Assembly (NCBI RefSeq): GCF_947492455.1
Contig: NZ_CANLNB010000004.1
Span: 460,489-524,488, forward strand
Origin: an uncultured Aliiroseovarius sp.
Lineage (GTDB): Bacteria; Pseudomonadota; Alphaproteobacteria; Rhodobacterales; Rhodobacteraceae
Length of the DNA: 64,000 nucleotides
Reading direction: 5' to 3'
Shown here: positions 53,855 through 63,006 of the stretch, piece after piece
How positions within the stretch are numbered: the stretch's first letter is position 1
How the letters are laid out: the number at the start of each line of letters is the position of its first letter
Notes under the pieces: model-generated
The model's database searches: none
Told to the model about the DNA's origin: nothing
What the model saw: the letters and a program-made list of their open reading frames with translations, nothing else
Made by a program: the position numbers and the translations under genes

Positions 53855-54845
53855 AGGGTTGTCCCCCGGCTTTGGGTGCGATTGCGGACCCGACGAAGCC
53901 TGCAAGGATCACGACGGTCAGGATGTAGGGCAGGGCCTGCATGAACTGGACCGGAATGACGAAGCCGCCAAGGTCGATGTTTTGATAACGGTTCGCGATG
54001 GCTTCCAAGAGACCAAAGAGGAACGTCGCCCCCAGTGCAGGCACCGGTTTCCACTTGGCGAAGATCAGGGCCGCCAGCGCGATATAGCCGCGCCCGGCGG
54101 ACATTTCCTTGATGAAGCCCGCGCCAAGGCCGGTCGCCAGATATACGCCGGACAGGCCGCAGAGTGTACCGGCGATGGCCATCGAGGCATATCGCAGCTT
54201 GATCACGGACACGCCCGCTGTATCCACGGCGGCTGGGTTTTCACCCACCGCACGCAGGCGCAGGCCGAACCGGGTGCGGAACAGGACGAACCATGACAGC
54301 GGAACCATCAGCAGGGCGACATAGACCAGAATGGTGTGGCCTGAGATGAACTCGGAATAGACCTGTTGGATCGGGTTGGCTTGGTCGATCAACACGCGCA
54401 GCGGTACACCCGCGGCTTCGGCATCGGACCGACCAAGGGCAAAGGGCAGTTCGATGGGCATGAAGCGGCCTTCACCCATCAGGGGCGGCGTACGCCCGCC
54501 TTGGCTGAACCACGCTTGCGCGGCCAACACCGTGATGCCCGAGGCCAAGAAGTTCAGCGCCACGCCGGAAATCAGCTGATTGCCGCGGAAGGTGATCGAC
54601 GCGATGCCATGCACGGCCGAAAAGCTGATCGAGGCGAAGACACCACACAAAAGGCCCAGCCAGACGGATCCGGTGACGGCAGCAACCGCGGCTGACATGA
54701 AGGCCGAGACAAGGATCTTGCCCTCAAGCCCGATGTCAAAGATCCCGGCACGCTCGGAAAAGAGGCCAGCAAGACAGGCAAACAACAAGGGCGTCGCAAG
54801 GCGCAAGCCTGAGTCTGCAATCTGGATGATCGTCAGGAAATCCAT
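53838..54845 (-). CDS. ABC permease (BMP/nucleoside uptake system)
   Basis: TM-rich, branched-chain/sugar-type permease profile. Start at ATG 54845 (MDFLTIIQ). Confidence 0.85.
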   Translation of the reverse strand: MDFLTIIQIADSGLRLATPLLFACLAGLFSERAGIFDIGLEGKILVSAFMSAAVAAVTGSVWLGLLCGVFASISFSAVHGIASITFRGNQLISGVALNFLASGITVLAAQAWFSQGGRTPPLMGEGRFMPIELPFALGRSDAEAAGVPLRVLIDQANPIQQVYSEFISGHTILVYVALLMVPLSWFVLFRTRFGLRLRAVGENPAAVDTAGVSVIKLRYASMAIAGTLCGLSGVYLATGLGAGFIKEMSAGRGYIALAALIFAKWKPVPALGATFLFGLLEAIANRYQNIDLGGFVIPVQFMQALPYILTVVILAGFVGSAIAPKAGGQPYVKER

Positions 54846-54846
54846 C

Positions 54847-55953
54847 TTACGCGTCCTTTCGCTTGGCAGCGGCAATGAACATACGTTCGACCGGCATGCG
54901 CACCATGTTGTCCAGCGCGCCCGTGAACAGGATCACCAAGCCCTGAATGACGATGATCAGCTCGCGCGGGATTTTCGACCACAAGGACAGCTCGCTACCG
55001 CCCTGATAGAGGAAGCCGAACAGAAGTGCCGCCAGCAGCACGCCGAACGGGTGGTTGCGGCCCATCAAGGCTACCGCGATACCGATAAAGCCTGCGCCCT
55101 CGACCGCGTTCAAGATCAGACGCTCGTGCTGACCCATTGTGGCATTGACCGCCATCAGGCCGGAAATGGCGCCCGACAACATCATGGCGACGATGATGAT
55201 CTTGGTGGGCGAGATGCCCGCATAGACCGAGGCCGTCGGGCTTTCGCCAAAGGCGCGGATCTCGTACCCCAGCCGCGAGCGGTTCATTAGCAAATAGACG
55301 ACGACGCACATGGCCAGCGCGATAAACAGCGACACGTTGGCGGGCGCGGATTTCGAGAAGCTGATGCCCAACGGGGCCAGAAGCTCGTGCAGCGTGGGCA
55401 GGTTGGTCACGTCCGGGAAGCTGGCCGAGGCACTTTCCTGCGCGCCTTTCAGCTTCAGGGGACCGATCAGCAGATAGCCCATCAGCGCGGTTGCAATGAA
55501 GTTGAACATGATCGTGGTAATCACCACGTGGCTGCCGCGTTTGGCCTGTAAATAGGCCGGGATCAGCGCCCAACCGGCGCCAAAAATGGCACCTGCGATC
55601 ATCGCGAAGACCAGCGCGATGGTCCAGTGCGGCATCAGTACGGTTGGGATAAACAGACAGGCAATGCCAACGCCCAAGCCACCGATCATCGCCTGACCCT
55701 CGCCGCCAATGTTGAACATCGCGGCCTTGAAGGCGATGGACACGGCAAGCCCGGTGAAGATGAAGTTGGTGGTGTAATAAAGCGTGTAGCCCCAGCCATA
55801 GGTCGACCCGAACGCGCCGTCGATCATAGTCATCAGCGCCTTGAACGGATTTTCCCCGATGGCGAAGATCACCAGCCCCGACAGAACAAAGGCGATCAGC
55901 AGGTTCAGAAAAGGAATAAGGGCGACGTCAGCCCATTTCGGCATCTTGTCCAT
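54847..55953 (-). CDS. ABC permease (BMP/nucleoside uptake system)
   Basis: 368 aa, TM-rich. ATGA overlap with the ATPase gene. Confidence 0.85.
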   Translation of the reverse strand: MDKMPKWADVALIPFLNLLIAFVLSGLVIFAIGENPFKALMTMIDGAFGSTYGWGYTLYYTTNFIFTGLAVSIAFKAAMFNIGGEGQAMIGGLGVGIACLFIPTVLMPHWTIALVFAMIAGAIFGAGWALIPAYLQAKRGSHVVITTIMFNFIATALMGYLLIGPLKLKGAQESASASFPDVTNLPTLHELLAPLGISFSKSAPANVSLFIALAMCVVVYLLMNRSRLGYEIRAFGESPTASVYAGISPTKIIIVAMMLSGAISGLMAVNATMGQHERLILNAVEGAGFIGIAVALMGRNHPFGVLLAALLFGFLYQGGSELSLWSKIPRELIIVIQGLVILFTGALDNMVRMPVERMFIAAAKRKDA

Positions 55954-57521
55954 CAGCTGTCTCCTTCCCCGGTGACACCGGCCATCAACAGGCCAAGCTC
56001 GCGTTCATCGGTTTGATCGGGCATGCGTTCGCCCATGATATGGCCGTCAAACATCACGGCGATGCGGTCGGACAGCGACAGGATCTCTTCCAACTCGACC
56101 GAGACCAGAAGCACGGCCTTGCCCTGATCACGCAAGCCGATGATTTGCTTGTGGATGAACTCGATCGCGCCGATGTCCACGCCGCGTGTGGGCTGGCCGA
56201 CCAGAAGCAGGTCGGGGTTGCGCTCAATCTCGCGGGCCACAACGATTTTCTGTTGGTTCCCGCCCGAGAAGCTTTTGGCCTGAAGGCTCGGGATCGGCGG
56301 GCGGACGTCGAAACGATCCATTTTGTCCTGTGCGATCTCGACCATCTTGGCGTTGTCCATCAGAAGCGCGTTCTTCTGGAACTCTTCTTCATGGTGATAG
56401 CCGAACGCGATGTTCTGCCAGGCAGGGAAGTTCATGATCAGCCCGTGCTCCTGACGATCTTCCGGCACGTGTGCAATCCCGCGTTCGCGCCGCGAGCGAC
56501 CGTCCGAATACTTGCCTGTCAGGTCAATCGGGTCGCCATTGATGCGGATTTCGCCAGTGGCCGTCGCATAGCCCCCTAGAACCTCCAACAGTTCCGACTG
56601 ACCATTGCCCGAGACACCGGCAATGCCCAGAATCTCCCCCGCTCGGACATTCAGGTTGATGCCCTTCAAGCGCTCGACCCCGTGGTCGTCAACCATATGC
56701 AAGTCTTTGACTTCCAACACGTTGTCTCCCGGCTGCGCTGGCACTTTATCGACGCGCAGAAGCACTTTACGCCCGACCATAAGCTCGGCCAGTTCTTCCG
56801 GATTGGTGTCTTTGGTTTTCACCGTCGCGGTCATCTGACCACGGCGCATCACGGACACAGTGTCGGTGATCTCCATGATCTCGCGCAGCTTGTGGGTGAT
56901 CAGGATGATGGTTTTGCCCTGATCGCGCAGCCCGTTCAGGATGCGGAACAGGTGGTCGGCCTCGGCCGGTGTCAGAACGCCCGTCGGTTCGTCCAAGATC
57001 AGGATGTCAGCTTCGCGATAGAGCGCCTTGAGGATCTCGACACGTTGCTGCGTCCCAACGCCCAAATCTTCGATCAGGGCCTCGGGGTTCACGTGGAGTT
57101 CGTACTCATCTGCAAGTGATTTCAGTGTCTTGCGTGCCTTGGCCAGCGACGGACGCAGCATCGCGCCGTCTTCGACCCCAAGGATTACGTTTTCAAGCAC
57201 CGAGAAATTTTCGACCAGTTTAAAGTGCTGGAACACCATCCCGATGCCGGCGCGAATGGCGGCCTGACTGTCAGGGATCTGGGTTTCTTGGCCGTGAATG
57301 AAGATCTGACCTTCATCGGCTTTGTAGAACCCATAGAGAATGGACATCAGGGTCGATTTGCCCGCACCGTTTTCGCCGATGATCCCGTGGATCGTCCCCG
57401 GCTGTACGGAAATCGAGATGTCCTTGTTCGCCTGCACCGGGCCAAACGCCTTCGAGATGCCGCGAAGCTCGATTGCGGGGGCAACAGTCGCCTGTTGCCC
57501 CTCGGTTTTTGCGCCTACCAT
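55953..57521 (-). CDS. Duplicated-ATPase ABC protein (nucleoside/sugar type)
   Basis: 522 aa. First cassette has GENGAGKST, Q-loop and ILILDEPT. The second cassette is degenerate and carries FSGGNQQK. Confidence 0.9.
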   Translation of the reverse strand: MVGAKTEGQQATVAPAIELRGISKAFGPVQANKDISISVQPGTIHGIIGENGAGKSTLMSILYGFYKADEGQIFIHGQETQIPDSQAAIRAGIGMVFQHFKLVENFSVLENVILGVEDGAMLRPSLAKARKTLKSLADEYELHVNPEALIEDLGVGTQQRVEILKALYREADILILDEPTGVLTPAEADHLFRILNGLRDQGKTIILITHKLREIMEITDTVSVMRRGQMTATVKTKDTNPEELAELMVGRKVLLRVDKVPAQPGDNVLEVKDLHMVDDHGVERLKGINLNVRAGEILGIAGVSGNGQSELLEVLGGYATATGEIRINGDPIDLTGKYSDGRSRRERGIAHVPEDRQEHGLIMNFPAWQNIAFGYHHEEEFQKNALLMDNAKMVEIAQDKMDRFDVRPPIPSLQAKSFSGGNQQKIVVAREIERNPDLLLVGQPTRGVDIGAIEFIHKQIIGLRDQGKAVLLVSVELEEILSLSDRIAVMFDGHIMGERMPDQTDERELGLLMAGVTGEGDS

Positions 57522-57528
57522 GGTCGGA

Positions 57529-58524
57529 TCAGAAGTCCAGAACCGGGCAGCTGTCGTCGGACATATAGTCGTGTACGACCAGTTCGCCCGAGATGATCTT
57601 GGCGGCAGCAGCGTCTACAACGGCTTTCATTTCGTCCGAAACCAGTGCTGCGTTGTGTTCATCCAGAGCGTAACCAACACCTTCCGCGGCCAGGTTCATG
57701 ACTTGAACGCCCGGTTTGATATCGGCGCCGGCTTTCATGGCCTCATATACAGCCACGTCCACGCGCTTCAGCATCGAGGTCAGGACCTTGCCCGGCTGCA
57801 GGTGGTTCTGGTTCGAGTCCACGCCGATCGACAGGATGCCTTCGTCAGCTGCGGTTTGCAGAACACCCAGACCGGTGCCGCCAGCAGCTGCATACACGAT
57901 GTCAGCGCCTTGGCTGATCTGTGCTTTGGTCAGCTCGCCGCCTTTTACGGGGTCGTTCCAAGCTGCCGGGGTGGTGCCGGTCATGTTGGCAATCACGGTT
58001 GCATCCGGGTTCACCGCTTTCACGCCTTCAGCATAGCCACAGGCGAATTTGCGGATCAGCGGGATATCCATGCCGCCGATGAAGCCCACGGTGCCCGATT
58101 TCGAGGCAGTCGCGGCCATCATGCCGACCAGATACGAGCCTTCATGCTCGGAAAATGCCACGTTCAGAACGTTCGGAGCATCCGACCAACCGTCGATCGT
58201 GACGAAGGTCGTGTCTGGATAATCAGGTGCCACTTCCGAGATCGGAGTCGACATCGCAAAGCCCATGGTGATCACGGGGTTGGCACCAGTTTCCGCAAAG
58301 CGGCGCAGCGCCTGTTCACGCTGAGCTTCCGACTGCAGTTCGACCTCAAGATACGAACCGCCGGTCTCAGCGGCCCATTTCTCGGCGCCATTGAAGCCAG
58401 CTTCGTTGAAGGATTTGTCAAATTTACCGCCCAAGTCGAAAATGATTGCGGGCTCGGCCAGCGCGGCACCTGCGGTCAGGGCCAACGACGCGGCTGCGCC
58501 TAGAAAGCTTTTCATCAGGGTCAT
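57529..58524 (-). CDS. BMP-family (basic membrane protein) ABC substrate-binding protein
   Basis: Signal peptide MTLMKSFLGAAASLALTAGAALA. FDKSFNE and GVDSNQ motifs typical of PnrA/Med-like nucleoside binders. GGGAGA SD. Confidence 0.88.
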   Translation of the reverse strand: MTLMKSFLGAAASLALTAGAALAEPAIIFDLGGKFDKSFNEAGFNGAEKWAAETGGSYLEVELQSEAQREQALRRFAETGANPVITMGFAMSTPISEVAPDYPDTTFVTIDGWSDAPNVLNVAFSEHEGSYLVGMMAATASKSGTVGFIGGMDIPLIRKFACGYAEGVKAVNPDATVIANMTGTTPAAWNDPVKGGELTKAQISQGADIVYAAAGGTGLGVLQTAADEGILSIGVDSNQNHLQPGKVLTSMLKRVDVAVYEAMKAGADIKPGVQVMNLAAEGVGYALDEHNAALVSDEMKAVVDAAAAKIISGELVVHDYMSDDSCPVLDF

Positions 58525-58706
58525 TTCAATTCTCCCGGTTGTTGTTGTTGTGGGGCCGCACGGACCGCATGTCTGCCGATTCCCCAAAAGTCTGCGAGCA
58601 GATCGCTGCACAGGATCATCCGGGATTTTCATGCGAGGGCAAGAGGAGATACCGATATTTGTTCGCCGCAGTGCCGCAAAACTTGGGGAAAATCAGAAGG
58701 TTCACC

Positions 58707-59129
58707 TTAGGTAAGGTGCTTCTCCATCAAGATTGCGTCGCAGGTCGTGCCGTCGGATCGGGTGTAATAAGCGGGCCGTTGGCCGCAGGTAGACCAGCCC
58801 GCTTTGCGGTAAAGTGCGCGCGCGGCGGCATTATCGTCCGCGACTTCCAGAAAGGCGCGCGTGGCCCCCCGATCAGCGGCGGTGCATTCGAAATCCTGCA
58901 ACAATTTTTCGCCGATCCCGTGTCCTTGTGCCTCGGGGGCGACGGCCACGGTCAAAAGCTCGGCTTCATCGACCACGACGCGCCCCATGGCAAAGCCGTT
59001 GGGCTGGGCAACAGTGAATACAAGCGGTGAGGTCTGAAGCTGCGCAATCTCATCCGCACTCCAGCCGCGCGTTGCGACGAAGGCCGCGACGTGGATTTCC
59101 GACAAGGAGTCTGCAGAGGCGTCAGACAT
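58707..59129 (-). CDS. rimI: GNAT N-acetyltransferase (RimI-like)
   Basis: 140 aa, acetyl-CoA motif AQGHGIGEKLL. Sits immediately downstream of tsaB, as in many bacteria. Confidence 0.75.
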   Translation of the reverse strand: MSDASADSLSEIHVAAFVATRGWSADEIAQLQTSPLVFTVAQPNGFAMGRVVVDEAELLTVAVAPEAQGHGIGEKLLQDFECTAADRGATRAFLEVADDNAAARALYRKAGWSTCGQRPAYYTRSDGTTCDAILMEKHLT

Positions 59130-59135
59130 GGCGGA

Positions 59136-59744
59136 TCAGGGCAGGATTACTGGTGCCGGATCGCGCGGAGGGGCTGCGTCGGCGGAGCGGATATAGAGCG
59201 GGGCAGGGCGGTCAGCGGTTTCACCCGCAAGCAGACGTTCGGCAGCGATCTGGGCGATGGCCGGGGCCGGATGTGTTAAGGTGTCGGGGCCGATACGGTC
59301 GCCGGTCAGGGTTGCAACCTCGTCACCCGTGATCAGGTTGGGCGCGGTGCTGTCATCGTCCGTGAACTGCTGCACATAGAAGTGATCCCGCCGCGCGTCG
59401 ATCAAAGACCAGACAGGGCGGGGGGCGTCAAAAGCCTGCGCCTCAAGCGACGACACACCAATCGCGGGGACACCCAAAGACAAGGCCAACCCGCGCGCCG
59501 CCGAGACCGAAATGCGAATACCGGTGAAGTTGCCTGGCCCCACGCCCACGCCGATGGCGCACAGGTCGGCCCATGCGACGTTTGCTTCTGCCAGAACCTC
59601 TTCCAGCAGCGGAAACAGTCGTTCGGCTTGACCTTTCGCCATGTCCTCGTGCTTTTCAGCGACAATTGTGTCCCCGCACAGCAAAGCGGCCGCGCAATGC
59701 GCGGCCGATGTGTCAAATGCCAAGATCACAGGATCAGGCCGCAA
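59136..59744 (-). CDS. tsaB: tRNA t6A biosynthesis protein TsaB
   Basis: ILAFDTSAAHCAAALL N-terminus, ASKHA-fold, 202 aa. Confidence 0.85.
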   Translation of the reverse strand: MRPDPVILAFDTSAAHCAAALLCGDTIVAEKHEDMAKGQAERLFPLLEEVLAEANVAWADLCAIGVGVGPGNFTGIRISVSAARGLALSLGVPAIGVSSLEAQAFDAPRPVWSLIDARRDHFYVQQFTDDDSTAPNLITGDEVATLTGDRIGPDTLTHPAPAIAQIAAERLLAGETADRPAPLYIRSADAAPPRDPAPVILP

Positions 59745-60294
59745 CGGGGCGTACCTCGACCACTTCGGGGATGTAGTGCTTCAGCAGGTTCTCGATCCCC
59801 ATTTTCAGGGTCAGGGTCGAGGACGGGCAGCCCGCGCAGGCACCCTGCATGTGCAGGTAAACGATGCCGCGATCAAAGCCGTGGAAGGTGATGTCGCCAC
59901 CATCTTGGGCCACGGCGGGGCGGACGCGGGTGTCCAGCAGCTCTTTGATTTGCTCGACGATTTCGCCGTCTTCGCCCGTGTGTTCCGCATGGCCCGAGGC
60001 TGCGGCTTCGCCTGCCATGACCGGCTGGCCCGACTGGAAATGCTCCATGATCGCGCCAAGGATGGCGGGTTTGATGTGATCCCAATCGACCGCGTCGTCC
60101 TTGGTCACGGTGACGAAATCAGCGCCAAAGAACACGCCGGTTACGCCGTTCACCTTGAAGACACGCGCCGCCAGCGGCGAGCCGTCAGCAGCGTCGGCAG
60201 TCGGGAAATCAGCGGTTCCAGCCCCCAATACGTCCTGACCGGGCAGGAACTTTAGCGTTGCAGGGTTCGGAGTGGATTCAGTCTGAATGAACAT
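59734..60294 (-). CDS. NifU/Nfu-family Fe-S cluster assembly protein
   Basis: Nfu_N domain (MFIQTESTPNPATLKF) plus a C-terminal NifU domain with CAGCPSS. Confidence 0.88.
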   Translation of the reverse strand: MFIQTESTPNPATLKFLPGQDVLGAGTADFPTADAADGSPLAARVFKVNGVTGVFFGADFVTVTKDDAVDWDHIKPAILGAIMEHFQSGQPVMAGEAAASGHAEHTGEDGEIVEQIKELLDTRVRPAVAQDGGDITFHGFDRGIVYLHMQGACAGCPSSTLTLKMGIENLLKHYIPEVVEVRPVAA

Positions 60295-60343
60295 GGGCGC
60301 ACCTTTTTTGTCAGGTTTGATATGGGCCTCGCGCGGTCAGGTG

Positions 60344-60775
60344 TCAACCATCTCGGGCGACCTTCATACTGATCCGCCAGAGCGCAAATCCGCACGCAAG
60401 CGCCAACACCATCCCCAAAAGGGCTGCTTGAAGAGCGTAGTCTGGTATCGCAAATGCGGTGTCCCAGATATCGGCACAATCAAGCGCGGCGAGCCATAGG
60501 CCGAAGACGGAAAGCCCTAGGCAGAGCAAAAGCACAAGTAGTTCCATACGGGCATATGACTTCTTCATGCACATGAGGCGGATGATCATGGGGATAATTA
60601 GCGTGATGAACATCACCACCATCACATCATCGTCGCCGCCGCTGCTTTTCAATTCACGGCAAAGGAATTCCCCACCGGTGGCGTGAAACCCATGAGAAAG
60701 CGTGTTCCACATCAAGCCGACAACCGAAATGGTCGCAAGCGAAGCAAGATAAAGCAGGTTTAAAACCGTCTTCAA
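60344..60775 (-). CDS. Hypothetical 4-TM membrane protein
   Basis: 143 aa with four hydrophobic segments. Lower GC than its neighbours. 4-nt overlap with the upstream usp gene suggests co-translation. No family recognised. Confidence 0.5.
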   Translation of the reverse strand: MKTVLNLLYLASLATISVVGLMWNTLSHGFHATGGEFLCRELKSSGGDDDVMVVMFITLIIPMIIRLMCMKKSYARMELLVLLLCLGLSVFGLWLAALDCADIWDTAFAIPDYALQAALLGMVLALACGFALWRISMKVARDG

Positions 60776-61227
60776 GTGATCGCTTCAAGACGTTCCTTGG
60801 TCATCGTGCCGGGCACAATGGTAATCGGGATCGGCAGATCGGCGGCGGCGCGGGTCATTTGCGTCACCAGCGGGCCGGGCCCAGCTTTTCCTTCGCCCGC
60901 GCCCAGAACCAGCACGCCTACATCGGGGTTTTCGCGCACATGGGCCAGTATTTCCGGCACGGCCTCGCCCTCGCGGATGACCAGTTCAGGTTCAACATCC
61001 TGCCTGTCGCGCATCCATTTCGCGAAGACCTCGTAATGTACGGTGATCCGTTCGCGTTCTTCCTCGCGCATCAACTCGCCCACACCGATCCAGTGATTGA
61101 ATTCGTCTGGCGGAATGATCGACAGAACCGTAACACCTCCGCCCGTATGGGCCGCACGCATGGCGGCGAACCGCATCGCGTTCAGGCATTCGCGGCTGTC
61201 ATCCAGAATTACGAGAAACTTGCGCAT
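60772..61227 (-). CDS. Universal stress protein (UspA family)
   Basis: MRKFLVILDDSRECLNAMRFAA start and VLVLG...GPGPL ATP-binding-type motif. Confidence 0.85.
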   Translation of the reverse strand: MRKFLVILDDSRECLNAMRFAAMRAAHTGGGVTVLSIIPPDEFNHWIGVGELMREEERERITVHYEVFAKWMRDRQDVEPELVIREGEAVPEILAHVRENPDVGVLVLGAGEGKAGPGPLVTQMTRAAADLPIPITIVPGTMTKERLEAIT

Positions 61228-61301
61228 AGATGTCCTCCGAAACGGGATTACTCTGCCCGAGCAGTTGGGGAGTGTCTATCGTTTTTCTACGATCCCGCGT
61301 C

Positions 61302-62168
61302 TTAGCCCGCCCCGGAAAGCGCCCAGTCCCAATAGAGCTCGCGCACCCGCTGTGTCACCGGACCGACGTTATATTGCGTGTCTTCAAAGGCGCTGACGGG
61401 GGTGACTTTCGACATGTTGCCCGAGGTGAACACCTCGTCCGCATTGTGAAAGTCGTCATAGCCAAGAACGGTTTCATGCACGGTGTATCCGTCGGCGCGC
61501 AGGTTCTTGATGTGCCGGGCGCGGGTGATTCCAGCCAAGAAGCAGCCATTGGCGATCGGGGTGAAGATCTCGCCGTCTTTGACCATGAAGATGTTGGCCG
61601 TTGCGGTCTCGGCCACATTACCCATCACGTCGAGCGATATTGCGTTGTCGAAGCCCTTGGCGCGGGCTTCCAGCAGCATCCGCGCGTTGTTGGGGTAAAG
61701 GCACCCGGCTTTCGCATTCACGATGGCGCTGTCCAAAGTCGGACGGCGGAACTGGGTGGTGGTCAGGCGGGACGAGGCCTTCGGCGGGGCCATCGCGATC
61801 TCTTCCAGCGAGATGGCAAAACCTGTGCTGTTTTCGCGCGGGGCCACACCCATATGGCCACCATCAATGGCCCAGTACATCGGGCGGATATAGACGGCGG
61901 CATCTTTCGGAAACAGCGCCAAGCCTTCTTTCACGATCTCGATCATCTGTTCGGTCGTCACGGTCGGCGTGATCATCAGCGCCTCGGCCGAGCGGTTGGT
62001 GCGCGCGCAGTGTGCGTCTAGATCCGGGTGGACGCCTTCAAAGAATCGCGCCCCGTCGAATACGTTTGTGCCCAGCCACGATCCATGGTCAGCGGCCTTC
62101 ATCACGGCCAGATCTTCGTTGTGCCATGTCCCGTTGAAATAGGTGCGGATGTTGGTGCCGATTGCCAT
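61302..62168 (-). CDS. Class IV aminotransferase (branched-chain amino acid aminotransferase-like)
   Basis: 288 aa, fold-type IV. FDGARFFEGV and GITR motifs. AGGAGG SD. Confidence 0.85.
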   Translation of the reverse strand: MAIGTNIRTYFNGTWHNEDLAVMKAADHGSWLGTNVFDGARFFEGVHPDLDAHCARTNRSAEALMITPTVTTEQMIEIVKEGLALFPKDAAVYIRPMYWAIDGGHMGVAPRENSTGFAISLEEIAMAPPKASSRLTTTQFRRPTLDSAIVNAKAGCLYPNNARMLLEARAKGFDNAISLDVMGNVAETATANIFMVKDGEIFTPIANGCFLAGITRARHIKNLRADGYTVHETVLGYDDFHNADEVFTSGNMSKVTPVSAFEDTQYNVGPVTQRVRELYWDWALSGAG

Positions 62169-62233
62169 GGTGTCCTCCTGAAATCGGCTGGAGGCTAACA
62201 GCGATTGAAGGTCGTTCCAAGAGCAACAAATGT

Positions 62234-62272
62234 GAAAACGCTCTGACGGCGTAGGGGGCTGCCGTCAGAGCG
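62234..62272 (-). terminator. Rho-independent terminator about 127 nt downstream of the DUF1489 gene
   Basis: Minus strand has a 12-bp perfect stem (CGCTCTGACGGC/GCCGTCAGAGCG) with a 10-nt loop, followed by TTTTCACATTTG. Confidence 0.75.
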
Positions 62273-62399
62273 TAGATTGCGTGCGATCGGACCAGACGGG
62301 CACGCGGTGTGCCTGTGGTTTATCCGGGCGGGCAGCCGGAAAAACGATGGTCAGCACAGGGGAACTATCGCGTACTGATGCAAAGTTTTTGTGACAGGA

Positions 62400-62834
62400 T
62401 CAGCGGATGCCGATTTTCGCCAGCGCCGAGGCCAGTTCGGCGGGCAGGGGCTCTTTGTCGGACGGCGCATCGGCTTTTAGATCACGCGGCGCATCTTCCG
62501 CCGACAGATAGCGCCAGCCCTGAAACGCCCGGCGCGGGGTGCTTTCGGTCAGGACGACGTCGTGATCCAGCACCAAACCGCAGCGGCGAATACCGTCTTG
62601 CCCGATGACTTCGTCCAGGCGTAGAACGCGCTGACGGGCCAAGATTAGCCCCTTGAACACCCAAAATAGAGAGCCGCCCGCCAGCAGTTCGGCCTCGCGT
62701 TTGGGCCACATGCGGGTGACGTGCATTGGGTTCGGCAATCCGGTCTGTCCCATGCGCATATTCTGCCATGCGGTCAGGTCTTCGACCTTCTCGGCGCCAA
62801 CGCATAGTTTTACCAGATTTACGTACTTTACCAT
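62400..62834 (-). CDS. DUF1489 family protein
   Basis: MVKYVNLVKLCVGAEKVEDLTAWQ N-terminus as recalled for DUF1489. An alternative ATG lies 9 nt upstream (62843). Confidence 0.68.
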   Translation of the reverse strand: MVKYVNLVKLCVGAEKVEDLTAWQNMRMGQTGLPNPMHVTRMWPKREAELLAGGSLFWVFKGLILARQRVLRLDEVIGQDGIRRCGLVLDHDVVLTESTPRRAFQGWRYLSAEDAPRDLKADAPSDKEPLPAELASALAKIGIR

Positions 62835-62840
62835 CTTCCA

Positions 62841-62856
62841 CATCTACATGTAGTGT
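62841..62856. promoter_or_regulatory. Candidate NrdR box upstream of nrdJ
   Basis: CATCTACATGTAGTGT has a perfect 10-bp palindromic core (CTACATGTAG). It matches 11/16 positions of the NrdR consensus acaCwAtATaTwGtgt as recalled. Only one box was found. Confidence 0.3.
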
Positions 62857-63006
62857 TCTAGAAGTCCGATCTTACGCGCCCTGTTCGGGATTCGCAATCG
62901 CTGCACGTGCCGGTTGCAACGCTCGGAAAAGGGGACGATGCCATTGACCAAAATGGGCCGCTCACGTATCGTGGAAAGCCCTCCAAGCCGAACAGGAAAC
63001 AATCGT

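Noticed and set aside
62857-63006. Cobalamin riboswitch upstream of the B12-dependent nrdJ
   Set aside because: I could not find a B12-box-like core or the expected multi-stem architecture. B12 riboswitches normally control B12-independent isozymes or B12 supply genes, not nrdJ. Only the simpler long-range stem is reported as a finding.
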